This document shows positions 10,261-17,800 of a DNA stretch of 29,271 bases, piece after piece. The DNA is from an uncultured Planctomycetales bacterium (GTDB taxonomy: Bacteria; Omnitrophota; Gorgyraeia; Zapsychrales; JANLHA01), in contig CAZBHY010000003.1 of assembly GCA_964491705.1 (NCBI GenBank), positions 1 to 29,271 of the forward strand, in the 5' to 3' direction. Position numbers and translations under genes: made by a program. Position 1 is the first letter of the stretch. Each line of letters begins with the position of its first letter. The notes under the pieces were generated by a model that saw only the letters and a program-made list of their open reading frames with translations, did not search any database and was not told the origin of the DNA.

Positions 10261-10289
10261 ATTGTATCGAAAAAATAAATGCTTGGCAA
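10261..10289 (-). promoter_or_regulatory. Sigma70-type promoter for the ROK-lptD-ugd operon
   Basis: Minus strand reads TTGCCA (10289-10284), 17 nt, TACAAT (10266-10261), about 35 nt upstream of the ROK ATG in an AT-rich spacer. Confidence 0.7.
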
Positions 10290-10314
10290 GGTGAATAAAA
10301 TGATCCTTTTCCCA

Positions 10315-11334
10315 CTATTCATCATACATCCCGAAAAGACGCACCTGATTTCTCCCCATCTTCTTTGCGCGGTACAGCGCCCAATCCGCTTTATCAATCA
10401 GCGTTGCCATTTTTTTGCCATCGGTCGGATACAGGGCAATCCCGATACTAACCGTCACTTGGATATGAGAGTCATAAATATCCATCACATGATGTTCGAT
10501 CGCTTGACGCACACGTTCTGCCACATACTTTGCCCCAGGGGCTCCTGTGTCCGGCAAAATAATGCAGAATTCCTCGCCGCCGTAGCGTCCGACGATATCA
10601 ATTTCACGAATATTCTCTAAAATGCGACGCGATACAAAACGCAGAACACCGTCTCCCACAATATGCCCATGCCGATCGTTGACCTGCTTAAAAAAATCAA
10701 CATCCAGCATCAAAACCGATAAATACGTATTATTGATCTTGGCCCGACGCAGCTCTTCTTCAAAACGTTCAAAAATATATCGTCGGGTAAACACCTGTGT
10801 CAGGCTATCCGTAATCGCCAGCTGCTCCACTTCCTTATAAAGATAAATGCGCCTCAAAATCAAGGCGAACTGATTCACCAGAATGGCGATCTTATCGCGG
10901 TCATGCTCACCCGCTCCCTGAATAACAATATAACCCAAGAACTCTTTCTTGCCTTTTAACGGAAAAAGAATATACCGGGGATCTTTTTTGATGTCAGCAA
11001 GCTCTTTGGACAATGGTTCCAGCAAACGGCAATCGTCAAAGACCACATTCTGTTCTAATTTTTGCTTGAAAATCTGAAGGGCATCTTCTGCGCGAAAACT
11101 CTTGGTGATCTCTTTGGTCATGTCATACAGCGTAAACAGCTCACGAAACTTTTCTTCCAGCCCCTTCTTTTCCATCAAGACCTGGTCTTCCTGCAGCAAA
11201 TATTTATGACAATTTTCCTTGGCCTGCAACGCATCCATTTCTGCCTGTTGTGTATAAAAAAAGAGCATCGACCTGGCCACATAATAAACCAAAAAGACAT
11301 ACCCGATCATCGCAATAATCATCACCACAGACAT
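10315..11334 (-). CDS. Membrane-anchored diguanylate cyclase (1 TM, coiled coil, reduced GAF-like segment, GGDEF)
   Basis: DSLTQVFTRR, LDVDFFKQVNDRHGHIVGD, I-site REID, RYGGEEF, SIGIA and ADWALYRAKKMGRN; hydrophobic N-terminus. Confidence 0.92.
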   Translation of the reverse strand: MSVVMIIAMIGYVFLVYYVARSMLFFYTQQAEMDALQAKENCHKYLLQEDQVLMEKKGLEEKFRELFTLYDMTKEITKSFRAEDALQIFKQKLEQNVVFDDCRLLEPLSKELADIKKDPRYILFPLKGKKEFLGYIVIQGAGEHDRDKIAILVNQFALILRRIYLYKEVEQLAITDSLTQVFTRRYIFERFEEELRRAKINNTYLSVLMLDVDFFKQVNDRHGHIVGDGVLRFVSRRILENIREIDIVGRYGGEEFCIILPDTGAPGAKYVAERVRQAIEHHVMDIYDSHIQVTVSIGIALYPTDGKKMATLIDKADWALYRAKKMGRNQVRLFGMYDE

Positions 11335-11423
11335 CCTCTTGCCCTCACGTTATGTCATACCAGAAAATTTCTTCTGGCAAGACATTTTCCAATGCACCAA
11401 AAATGCGCCTATCCTCGCGCCTC

Positions 11424-12719
11424 CTAAGCCATACACACCCGGTTACGGCCCTTCTTTTTCGCCTGATATAGCGCCATATCTGCTTTTTCAATCAGCTCTT
11501 CCTTAACCGATGTATCATCTGGAAAAACAGCAACGCCCGCAGAAATCGACACGCTGGTCCTTTCCCTCCGCAAGATGATGGCCTGAGATTCAATCTTTTT
11601 TCTCAAAACCTCGGCCAGCTCAGCGGCTGTCGCCTTAGAACAACCGGGCAAAACAACCGCAAACTCCTCACCGCCGTAACGGCAAATCACACTGCCCGGA
11701 TCCTTGAAGACCTCGCCCATCATCAGGCCCAGCGTCTTGAGGACAATATCCCCGGCCATATGCCCATAATTATCATTGTACTTTTTAAAATAATCGAGGT
11801 CGATCATCACCAAGGCCAACGACTTTTTCTGACGCATCACCCGATTCATTTCATGCGTCAACCGATCGAGAAAATGGCGTCTTAAAAACAACCCGGTCAA
11901 CCCATCCCGGATCGCCAGATCTTCGATCTTTTCATACAACTGCGCGTTTTCAATGGCCACAGCTCCCAAATCAGCGATCGTTGTTAACAGCCGCAAATTC
12001 TCCGAATGAAAAAAATTTGGTTGTGCGCTGTCCAGCCGGAGAATGCCAATCGCCTTACTGCCAATCATCATCGGAACGCTCATCAACGATCGCACCACCC
12101 GCGCATCTTCTGTGCGAGCCTTATCCGCATCAAAACGGAAATCATTCTTGGTGTCTTCAATCAAGAGGGCCTGCATATTTTTCACCACCCACTGATCAAA
12201 AATATCCCCGCGTTTGGCCTTCAAGTGAACACGCATCTGTCCTTTTTGCGAAGACGAAATACCCAATTCTCCGGTCTTCGAATGAAACAGATAGAGAATC
12301 ACGGTGGCCTCTTTCCCGCCAAACAATTGACAGACTTCTCCGGATAGCGTCCGGGAGGTGTCATCCAAAGAAAAACATTCATTGAGCTGTTCTGCCAGAG
12401 TCTTCAACTGGCCATAATCAACAATTTTTTTCTGTATGGCCTGGACGCTCTGCCACTCACGTTCGATATCAGACTCCAAAAGATTGGCTTGTTCAAGAAA
12501 ATCCTGACGGCGGATGGCATACTCAGATCGCCGAAGATGCCATTGATGGCGGAAAAAAATAAACAGCCCTGTCGTCATGACCAAGACTGCTATCACCAAT
12601 GAAAAAAACTGCGGTCGCACCGTTGCGGCGAAGAAGACAAACCCGCACAATGGCAGAAGGAGCGAAGACGCAAGAAGAAAACGGGAACTAAATAATTGTT
12701 TCTTCAGTGTGTTTATCAA
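11424..12719 (-). CDS. Membrane diguanylate cyclase (2 TM, coiled coil, GAF, GGDEF)
   Basis: GAF segment (RSLMSVPM...IGILRLDS...ADLGAVAIENAQLY), DGLTGL, DLDYFKKYNDNYGHMAGD, RYGGEEF and ADMALYQAKKKGRNRV. TTG start at 12719 with AAGGTG upstream; exact start uncertain. Confidence 0.92.
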   Translation of the reverse strand: MINTLKKQLFSSRFLLASSLLLPLCGFVFFAATVRPQFFSLVIAVLVMTTGLFIFFRHQWHLRRSEYAIRRQDFLEQANLLESDIEREWQSVQAIQKKIVDYGQLKTLAEQLNECFSLDDTSRTLSGEVCQLFGGKEATVILYLFHSKTGELGISSSQKGQMRVHLKAKRGDIFDQWVVKNMQALLIEDTKNDFRFDADKARTEDARVVRSLMSVPMMIGSKAIGILRLDSAQPNFFHSENLRLLTTIADLGAVAIENAQLYEKIEDLAIRDGLTGLFLRRHFLDRLTHEMNRVMRQKKSLALVMIDLDYFKKYNDNYGHMAGDIVLKTLGLMMGEVFKDPGSVICRYGGEEFAVVLPGCSKATAAELAEVLRKKIESQAIILRRERTSVSISAGVAVFPDDTSVKEELIEKADMALYQAKKKGRNRVCMA

Positions 12720-13794
12720 AAAAATGCACCTTATTCATATCAAACACAAGTTCCATGTCCCGATTCACGTCAGGACGGTCGTGCCCACCCACCCGTGCCG
12801 TAAAGGCGTGTTTCCCGGTATTCAGATATAAATATACCTCCGCACCCATCGGCTCAATGACTTCACAGGTGGCATTCACAATATTATTCGGAGCAGCCTC
12901 GGACACAAACAGTTTGTCATAAATATCTTCCGCACGAATTCCAAATGTTACATCCTTCCCTTCGTACGGCATCATCTTCGCAAACATCGATTCAACAAGC
13001 TCAACCTGAAACGTCCCCTCATCAAAATAATATTTACGCTGTTTTTTAATAATCCGCCCTTCCATCAAATTGATCGGCGGCATCCCAATAAATCCAGCAA
13101 CAAACTTATTCACCGGCCGGTCATAAATCGTCATGGGATCTGCGCATTGATGAATCATCCCGTTTTTCATCACAGCAATGCGGTCACCCAAGGTCATCGC
13201 CTCAGTCTGGTCATGCGTGACATACACAAATGTTGTTTGAAGCCGCAACCTCAATTTATGAATTTCAATGCGCATCTGAACGCGCATCTTCGCGTCCAGA
13301 TTGCTCAATGGCTCATCGAATAAAAACGCCTGAGGCTTGCGTACAATCGCGCGGCCCAAGGCGACACGCTGACGTTCTCCGCCAGACAACTGTCGTGGTT
13401 TACGCGATAGATATTTTTTGATCCCTAAGATTTCCGAGGCCTCGGAGACTCGCCGCTCAATTTCTCCCTTGGGGTATTTCCGCAGCTTAAGACCAAAGGC
13501 CATGTTCTCATAAACGCTCATATGCGGATACAGCGCATAATTCTGAAAGACCATGGCAATATTGCGATCCTTGGCTGGGACATCATTGACCAACTGATCG
13601 CCGATCCAAATATCCCCTTGTGATACTTCTTCCAAACCAGCGATCATCCGCAACGTTGTTGATTTTCCGCACCCGGATGGCCCGACAAGAACCAAAAATT
13701 CTTTATTTTCAATGCCGATACTAATATTATCAACCGCGCGAATCGTCCCGCCCTTATAAACCTTGCTCACATTCTTTAGACTGATCTGCGCCAC
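12688..13794 (-). CDS. MalK/UgpC/MsmX-type sugar ABC transporter ATP-binding subunit
   Basis: Walker A GPSGCGKS, VFQNYALYPHM, signature LSGGERQR, Walker B FLFDEPLSNLD, H-loop YVTHDQ and a C-terminal OB/TOBE region (EPMGAE). GTG start at 13794 after SD GAGGGA. Confidence 0.95.
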   Translation of the reverse strand: MAQISLKNVSKVYKGGTIRAVDNISIGIENKEFLVLVGPSGCGKSTTLRMIAGLEEVSQGDIWIGDQLVNDVPAKDRNIAMVFQNYALYPHMSVYENMAFGLKLRKYPKGEIERRVSEASEILGIKKYLSRKPRQLSGGERQRVALGRAIVRKPQAFLFDEPLSNLDAKMRVQMRIEIHKLRLRLQTTFVYVTHDQTEAMTLGDRIAVMKNGMIHQCADPMTIYDRPVNKFVAGFIGMPPINLMEGRIIKKQRKYYFDEGTFQVELVESMFAKMMPYEGKDVTFGIRAEDIYDKLFVSEAAPNNIVNATCEVIEPMGAEVYLYLNTGKHAFTARVGGHDRPDVNRDMELVFDMNKVHFFDKHTEETII

Positions 13795-13847
13795 ATGTCC
13801 CTCTCTTGAACAATGCTCAGCGGTCTTTTCAATACCCACAGTTCATT

Positions 13848-14696
13848 TTATTTTTTAACAAAAGACAAAATCCGGGCCACCGTTGTTTTTAATTCCTGCC
13901 GATGAACAATCTTATCAATCAGCCCATGCGCCAACAAAAATTCCGAACGCTGAAACCCCTCAGGCAGCTTTTGCCGAATGGTCTGTTCAATCACGCGCGG
14001 TCCGGCAAAACCAATCAAGGCCTTGGGTTCCGCCAAGATCACATCTCCGACGCCCGCAAAAGACGCCATCACTCCGCCCATGGTTGGATTAGTTAACACC
14101 GAAATATACAACAGACCGTCATCATGATGTTTCTTCAATGCCGCGCATGTCTTGGCCATCTGCATCAGCGAAAATAATCCCTCATACATACGCGCACCGC
14201 CTCCAGAACCAGACACAATCACCACTGGAATACCAGCATCGGTCGCCTTTTCCACCATGCGGGTCAAGCGCTCTCCCACCACAGAACCCATTGACCCCAT
14301 GATAAATCGCGAATCGGTGACTGCAAGATAAACATCCTGTCCATCGATCTTCGCCCGGCCTGTGATCACCGCATCATCCATCTGCGTAATCATGCGGTCC
14401 TCTTCAATCTTCTTTTTGTATGTCTTAGGGCCTTCGAATTTTAACGGGTCAGCGGATGTTACATGCTGATCCGTTTCTTGAAATGTGCCGGAATCGGCCA
14501 ATACGGCGATGCGCTGTTTTGCTGTTAAGGAAAAATGATACTGACAATGAGGACAGACATGCATATTGTCTTCAATAGTCTTCACATACGTTGGAGAGGC
14601 GCAATCTGGGCACTTCGACCAAATCCCTTCCGGGATCATATTGCGCTTTTTGACATTGATAACGGTATATTTACGACTGCGGCCGAACAGTGACAT
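13848..14696 (-). CDS. accD: Acetyl-CoA carboxylase carboxyltransferase beta subunit
   Basis: C4 zinc finger CPDC...CPHC, FIMGSMGSVVGE, GGARMxEG, LMQMAKT, PTMGGVMASFA and IGFAGPRVIEQTI. Confidence 0.95.
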   Translation of the reverse strand: MSLFGRSRKYTVINVKKRNMIPEGIWSKCPDCASPTYVKTIEDNMHVCPHCQYHFSLTAKQRIAVLADSGTFQETDQHVTSADPLKFEGPKTYKKKIEEDRMITQMDDAVITGRAKIDGQDVYLAVTDSRFIMGSMGSVVGERLTRMVEKATDAGIPVVIVSGSGGGARMYEGLFSLMQMAKTCAALKKHHDDGLLYISVLTNPTMGGVMASFAGVGDVILAEPKALIGFAGPRVIEQTIRQKLPEGFQRSEFLLAHGLIDKIVHRQELKTTVARILSFVKK

Positions 14697-14741
14697 TACA
14701 CAACTCCCCGTTATTAAACGATGCGACAGCGAACACAGCCA

Positions 14742-16007
14742 TCACTCAAATTTGAGAACAGTTAACCCGGAAAGCAGTTTCGGATAAAAATAGGTTGTCT
14801 TCGGGGGCATCTTCTCCCCATTGAGCGCGATCTCTTTTAACTGCTGAATTCTCACAGGATTCATGACAAATCCCGCTTCTGCCTTTCGCTCATCCACCAT
14901 CGTCATAATATCATTCATATCTTTCGTATAAATAATATCTTCCGAACTGATGCCAATGGAATCAAAGATAAAATATTTCAAAATCGTTGCATCAAGCCGT
15001 TTATACTCCTTCGATCCTTCTGTCACTACCTTGTCAATGAGCGTTTTATTCTTAAGCCGTAACAACCACATCCCATCGCGCCGATATAATCCAAACGCGT
15101 GTTCATTCTGGCCCGCCCTGGCCAACAGCACCGTCAGCTCTTCTTTGGTCTTAATGCGATCTGTGCGAAAATATTCATCAAGAAAGGAAATGTCCTGCGG
15201 GAATGTCTTCACAATGCGGTGCATGGGAAAAATCTGCAACTCCCGAGAATCCATATTGGTAAAATATGTCATCACATAATTATAATTCTCTTCCCCAGTG
15301 TGTTTCGCGTTATGGGCCATCTTCCACTGCTTAAATTGACGCGAAACCTCATAACGATGATGCCCATCCGCAATAAACACTGGCTGATTGGCCATGGTGT
15401 TTGTGATCTCCTGAATCAGATGTTCATCGCTGACCGCCCAAACAATATGCCGAACGCCGTCTGTGTCCACAACATCAATCGACGGCTGCTGACCCGCAAT
15501 ATCTGTGCTGAAAATCTTTTCCACCTTGCGGTCTTTATCAGAAAAACAAACAAAGATAGGGCTGAGGCTTGCATTGATGGCCTTCCATAAATTAAATCGG
15601 TCCTCTTTTGCGGACGCATGGGTTTTTTCATGAGGATAAACCCGGGAATCCCCATCTTCCTGAGTCTTCATTAACGCAATAAAACCCAACCGGTTATACC
15701 GTGTCCCCAAAACCTTATATTCCTGACGATAATAATAAATACACGGCTGTTCATCCTGAATGAGCACGCTGTCCTGGAGCCATTCCTCAAAGGTCACCTT
15801 AGACCGCGTATACCGGTTATCCTCCTTGGTATCCGTTGCCTTTTGCTTGGCCAACAGAACACGGACGAAATTGTACGGACTGAGATTGTAATATTCTTTT
15901 TGCTGTTGATCAGAAATAACATCATAGGGAGGGCACACGACCTTGCTTAAATCCTGTACTTTTTCTTTGTTATAATGCATGGCTTTAAATGCTTTAATCT
16001 CTGTCAT
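14742..16007 (-). CDS. DUF1015 family protein (ParB/Srx-like fold)
   Basis: CPPYDVIS, YPHEKT, FIADGHHRYE, PMHR and MPPKTTYFYPKLLSGL are characteristic DUF1015 motifs. Confidence 0.9.
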   Translation of the reverse strand: MTEIKAFKAMHYNKEKVQDLSKVVCPPYDVISDQQQKEYYNLSPYNFVRVLLAKQKATDTKEDNRYTRSKVTFEEWLQDSVLIQDEQPCIYYYRQEYKVLGTRYNRLGFIALMKTQEDGDSRVYPHEKTHASAKEDRFNLWKAINASLSPIFVCFSDKDRKVEKIFSTDIAGQQPSIDVVDTDGVRHIVWAVSDEHLIQEITNTMANQPVFIADGHHRYEVSRQFKQWKMAHNAKHTGEENYNYVMTYFTNMDSRELQIFPMHRIVKTFPQDISFLDEYFRTDRIKTKEELTVLLARAGQNEHAFGLYRRDGMWLLRLKNKTLIDKVVTEGSKEYKRLDATILKYFIFDSIGISSEDIIYTKDMNDIMTMVDERKAEAGFVMNPVRIQQLKEIALNGEKMPPKTTYFYPKLLSGLTVLKFE

Positions 16008-16139
16008 AGGCTCTGCTTCGAAAAATCCGAATGCCTCCTTCTATACTATTAGTATCAATATTTTAAAAAGAAATCTAGTCAATAATAGCAAAAGAAGCTT
16101 TTTCTGGAAACTCTATTTTTGAAAAAAACACACTAAAGC

Positions 16140-16166
16140 ATAACCTATTGCTTAGCAATAGGTTAT
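16140..16166. repeat. Perfect 13-1-13 inverted repeat (operator or hairpin)
   Basis: ATAACCTATTGCT-T-AGCAATAGGTTAT, in the 185-nt spacer between the FmdB gene and DUF1015. Confidence 0.9.
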
Positions 16167-16184
16167 CATAAAAACATTTTTATG
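16167..16184. repeat. Perfect 8-2-8 inverted repeat directly abutting the 27-bp palindrome
   Basis: CATAAAAA-CA-TTTTTATG. Confidence 0.75.
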
Positions 16185-16192
16185 GTGAGATC

Positions 16193-16462
16193 TTACGCGC
16201 TGTGATTGCAACCCCCGCTACATCCACAGCTGTTTCCAGGAGTAGACGACGGGCAGGACTCAGATGATGGGCAAGCCTTCTTCTTGTAATCTGTTTCATA
16301 AAAACCATCCCCTTTGAAGATAATACCGCCGCCTGTTCCAATCAGACGATGCAGCGTGTCCTTATGGCAGGCAGGGCATTGAATTAATTTCGGGGACGTC
16401 ATCGACTGCATCTTATCCATGCGATAGCCGCAAGCAGAACATTCATATTGATAGGTTGGCAT
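16193..16462 (-). CDS. FmdB-family zinc-ribbon protein with Cys-rich tail
   Basis: MPTYQYECSACG...CPAC...LHRLIG...IIFKGDGFYETDY is the FmdB pattern; SD AGGAG 7 nt upstream. Confidence 0.88.
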   Translation of the reverse strand: MPTYQYECSACGYRMDKMQSMTSPKLIQCPACHKDTLHRLIGTGGGIIFKGDGFYETDYKKKACPSSESCPSSTPGNSCGCSGGCNHSA

Positions 16463-16566
16463 GTCTCAACTCCTATTAAAATGACACCGCATGTCGTTTC
16501 ATCTCCCATGACAAGCGGGAATCAACATAATTATTATCTATATTCCTCGACCAACAGCACTCAAAC

Positions 16567-17715
16567 CTATTTAAAAATTTTTTTGACCTTTTCCAGCGGG
16601 GATTCTTTATCTTTATCCGCAACAACCCCTTTAAGAGCGGCAATCTCTTCCAGCAACCGTTTCTCCTCTCCAGACGCCTTTTCTGGAACATGAATCATCA
16701 CTTGAACGTATTGATCGCCGGTAACTCCTCCCCTGACATGAGGCATGCCTTTTCCTTTCAGGCGAAAGACCTTGCCGCTTTGCGTGCCAGCAGGTACTTT
16801 CATCGTTACGCTACCGTTCAACGTTGGCACCGCCACATCTCCGCCTAATGCGGAAATCACATAACTGACCGGCAATTGCAGCTCAATATCCTGCCCGGCA
16901 CGTTTAAAAATTTCATGCTTCTTAACTAAAATATATAAATATAAATCTCCAGACCCGCCCGGACCAACCTCTCCCTCTCCGCGGACACGCAAGCGCGTAT
17001 CACTGTCAACACCGGCAGGAATATTTACATCGATCGTTCGTGTTTCCCGGGTTGACCCCTTGCCCTGACATTTTGGGCAATGGTCTGTAATCATCTTCCC
17101 CTGACCACGACACGCGGAACACGTCTGGACCATTCGAAAAAAACCACTGGACACCGCAACCTGGCCCGATCCACCGCAATCCGTACAGGTCTTAAACGCT
17201 GTTCCGTCTTTCGCGCCAGTGCCGTTACAAACAGGGCAATGCTCATAACGCGGTACCTTAATTTTCTTCGCACATCCCTGAAAGGCCTCCTCTAGCGAAA
17301 TCTCAATTTCATATTGAATATCACGCCCCGGCGCAGCCCGATGCTGCTTATGTCCTTCAAACCCACCGCCAAAAAAATCAAATCCGCCGCCACCGCCTCC
17401 AAAAAACTGGCTGAAAATATCACCCAGATCTCCAAATCCGCTAAAATCCGCTCCACGAAAAATATCGTCTTTGGTAAAATTCTGATCAATGCCCGCGTGC
17501 CCGTATTGATCATACAACTGACGTTTTTTCGGGTCAGAAAGAACACCATAGGCCTCAGAGATCTCCTTAAATTTCTCCTCAGCCGCTTTTTTCTTATCTT
17601 CAGTAACGCGGTCAGGATGATATTTCAAGGCCTTCGAACGGTACGCCTTTTTAATCTGAGCGACCGTTGCCTCCTTGGGAATTCCGAGAATTTCATAATA
17701 ATCTTTTTTTGGCAT
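16567..17715 (-). CDS. dnaJ: Chaperone DnaJ
   Basis: J-domain with HPD, G/F-rich region with DIF motifs, four CxxCxGxG repeats and a C-terminal domain. Confidence 0.98.
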   Translation of the reverse strand: MPKKDYYEILGIPKEATVAQIKKAYRSKALKYHPDRVTEDKKKAAEEKFKEISEAYGVLSDPKKRQLYDQYGHAGIDQNFTKDDIFRGADFSGFGDLGDIFSQFFGGGGGGFDFFGGGFEGHKQHRAAPGRDIQYEIEISLEEAFQGCAKKIKVPRYEHCPVCNGTGAKDGTAFKTCTDCGGSGQVAVSSGFFRMVQTCSACRGQGKMITDHCPKCQGKGSTRETRTIDVNIPAGVDSDTRLRVRGEGEVGPGGSGDLYLYILVKKHEIFKRAGQDIELQLPVSYVISALGGDVAVPTLNGSVTMKVPAGTQSGKVFRLKGKGMPHVRGGVTGDQYVQVMIHVPEKASGEEKRLLEEIAALKGVVADKDKESPLEKVKKIFK

Positions 17716-17800
17716 AGTCCTAAGAGCGCCAGATCACAAGCGCACAAGAGCACACGCAACCATTCATGTGCTCCTGTGTTCTTGTACCCTTGCGACTTTT

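Noticed and set aside
11335-11423. Possible c-di-GMP riboswitch or terminator between the two cyclases
   Set aside because: Only short stems (CCAGAA/TTCTGG; GCGC/GCGC) are present, and the class I/II riboswitch consensus features are absent.
16030-16041. AGGAGG upstream of DUF1015
   Set aside because: It lies more than 20 nt from the ATG with no closer in-frame start. Looping-out by the short TTCG...CGAA stem is possible but unsupported.
16152-16160. TTAGCAATA within the 27-bp palindrome resembles the hrcA CIRCE arm
   Set aside because: The second arm is missing at N9 spacing, so the geometry is not CIRCE.
16554-16562. ACAGCACTC, a possible CIRCE half-site after dnaJ
   Set aside because: No partner arm at 9-nt spacing.
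16476-16691. 71-aa minus-strand ORF overlapping the dnaJ 3' end
   Set aside because: Out-of-frame overlap with dnaJ, no motif and no convincing RBS.
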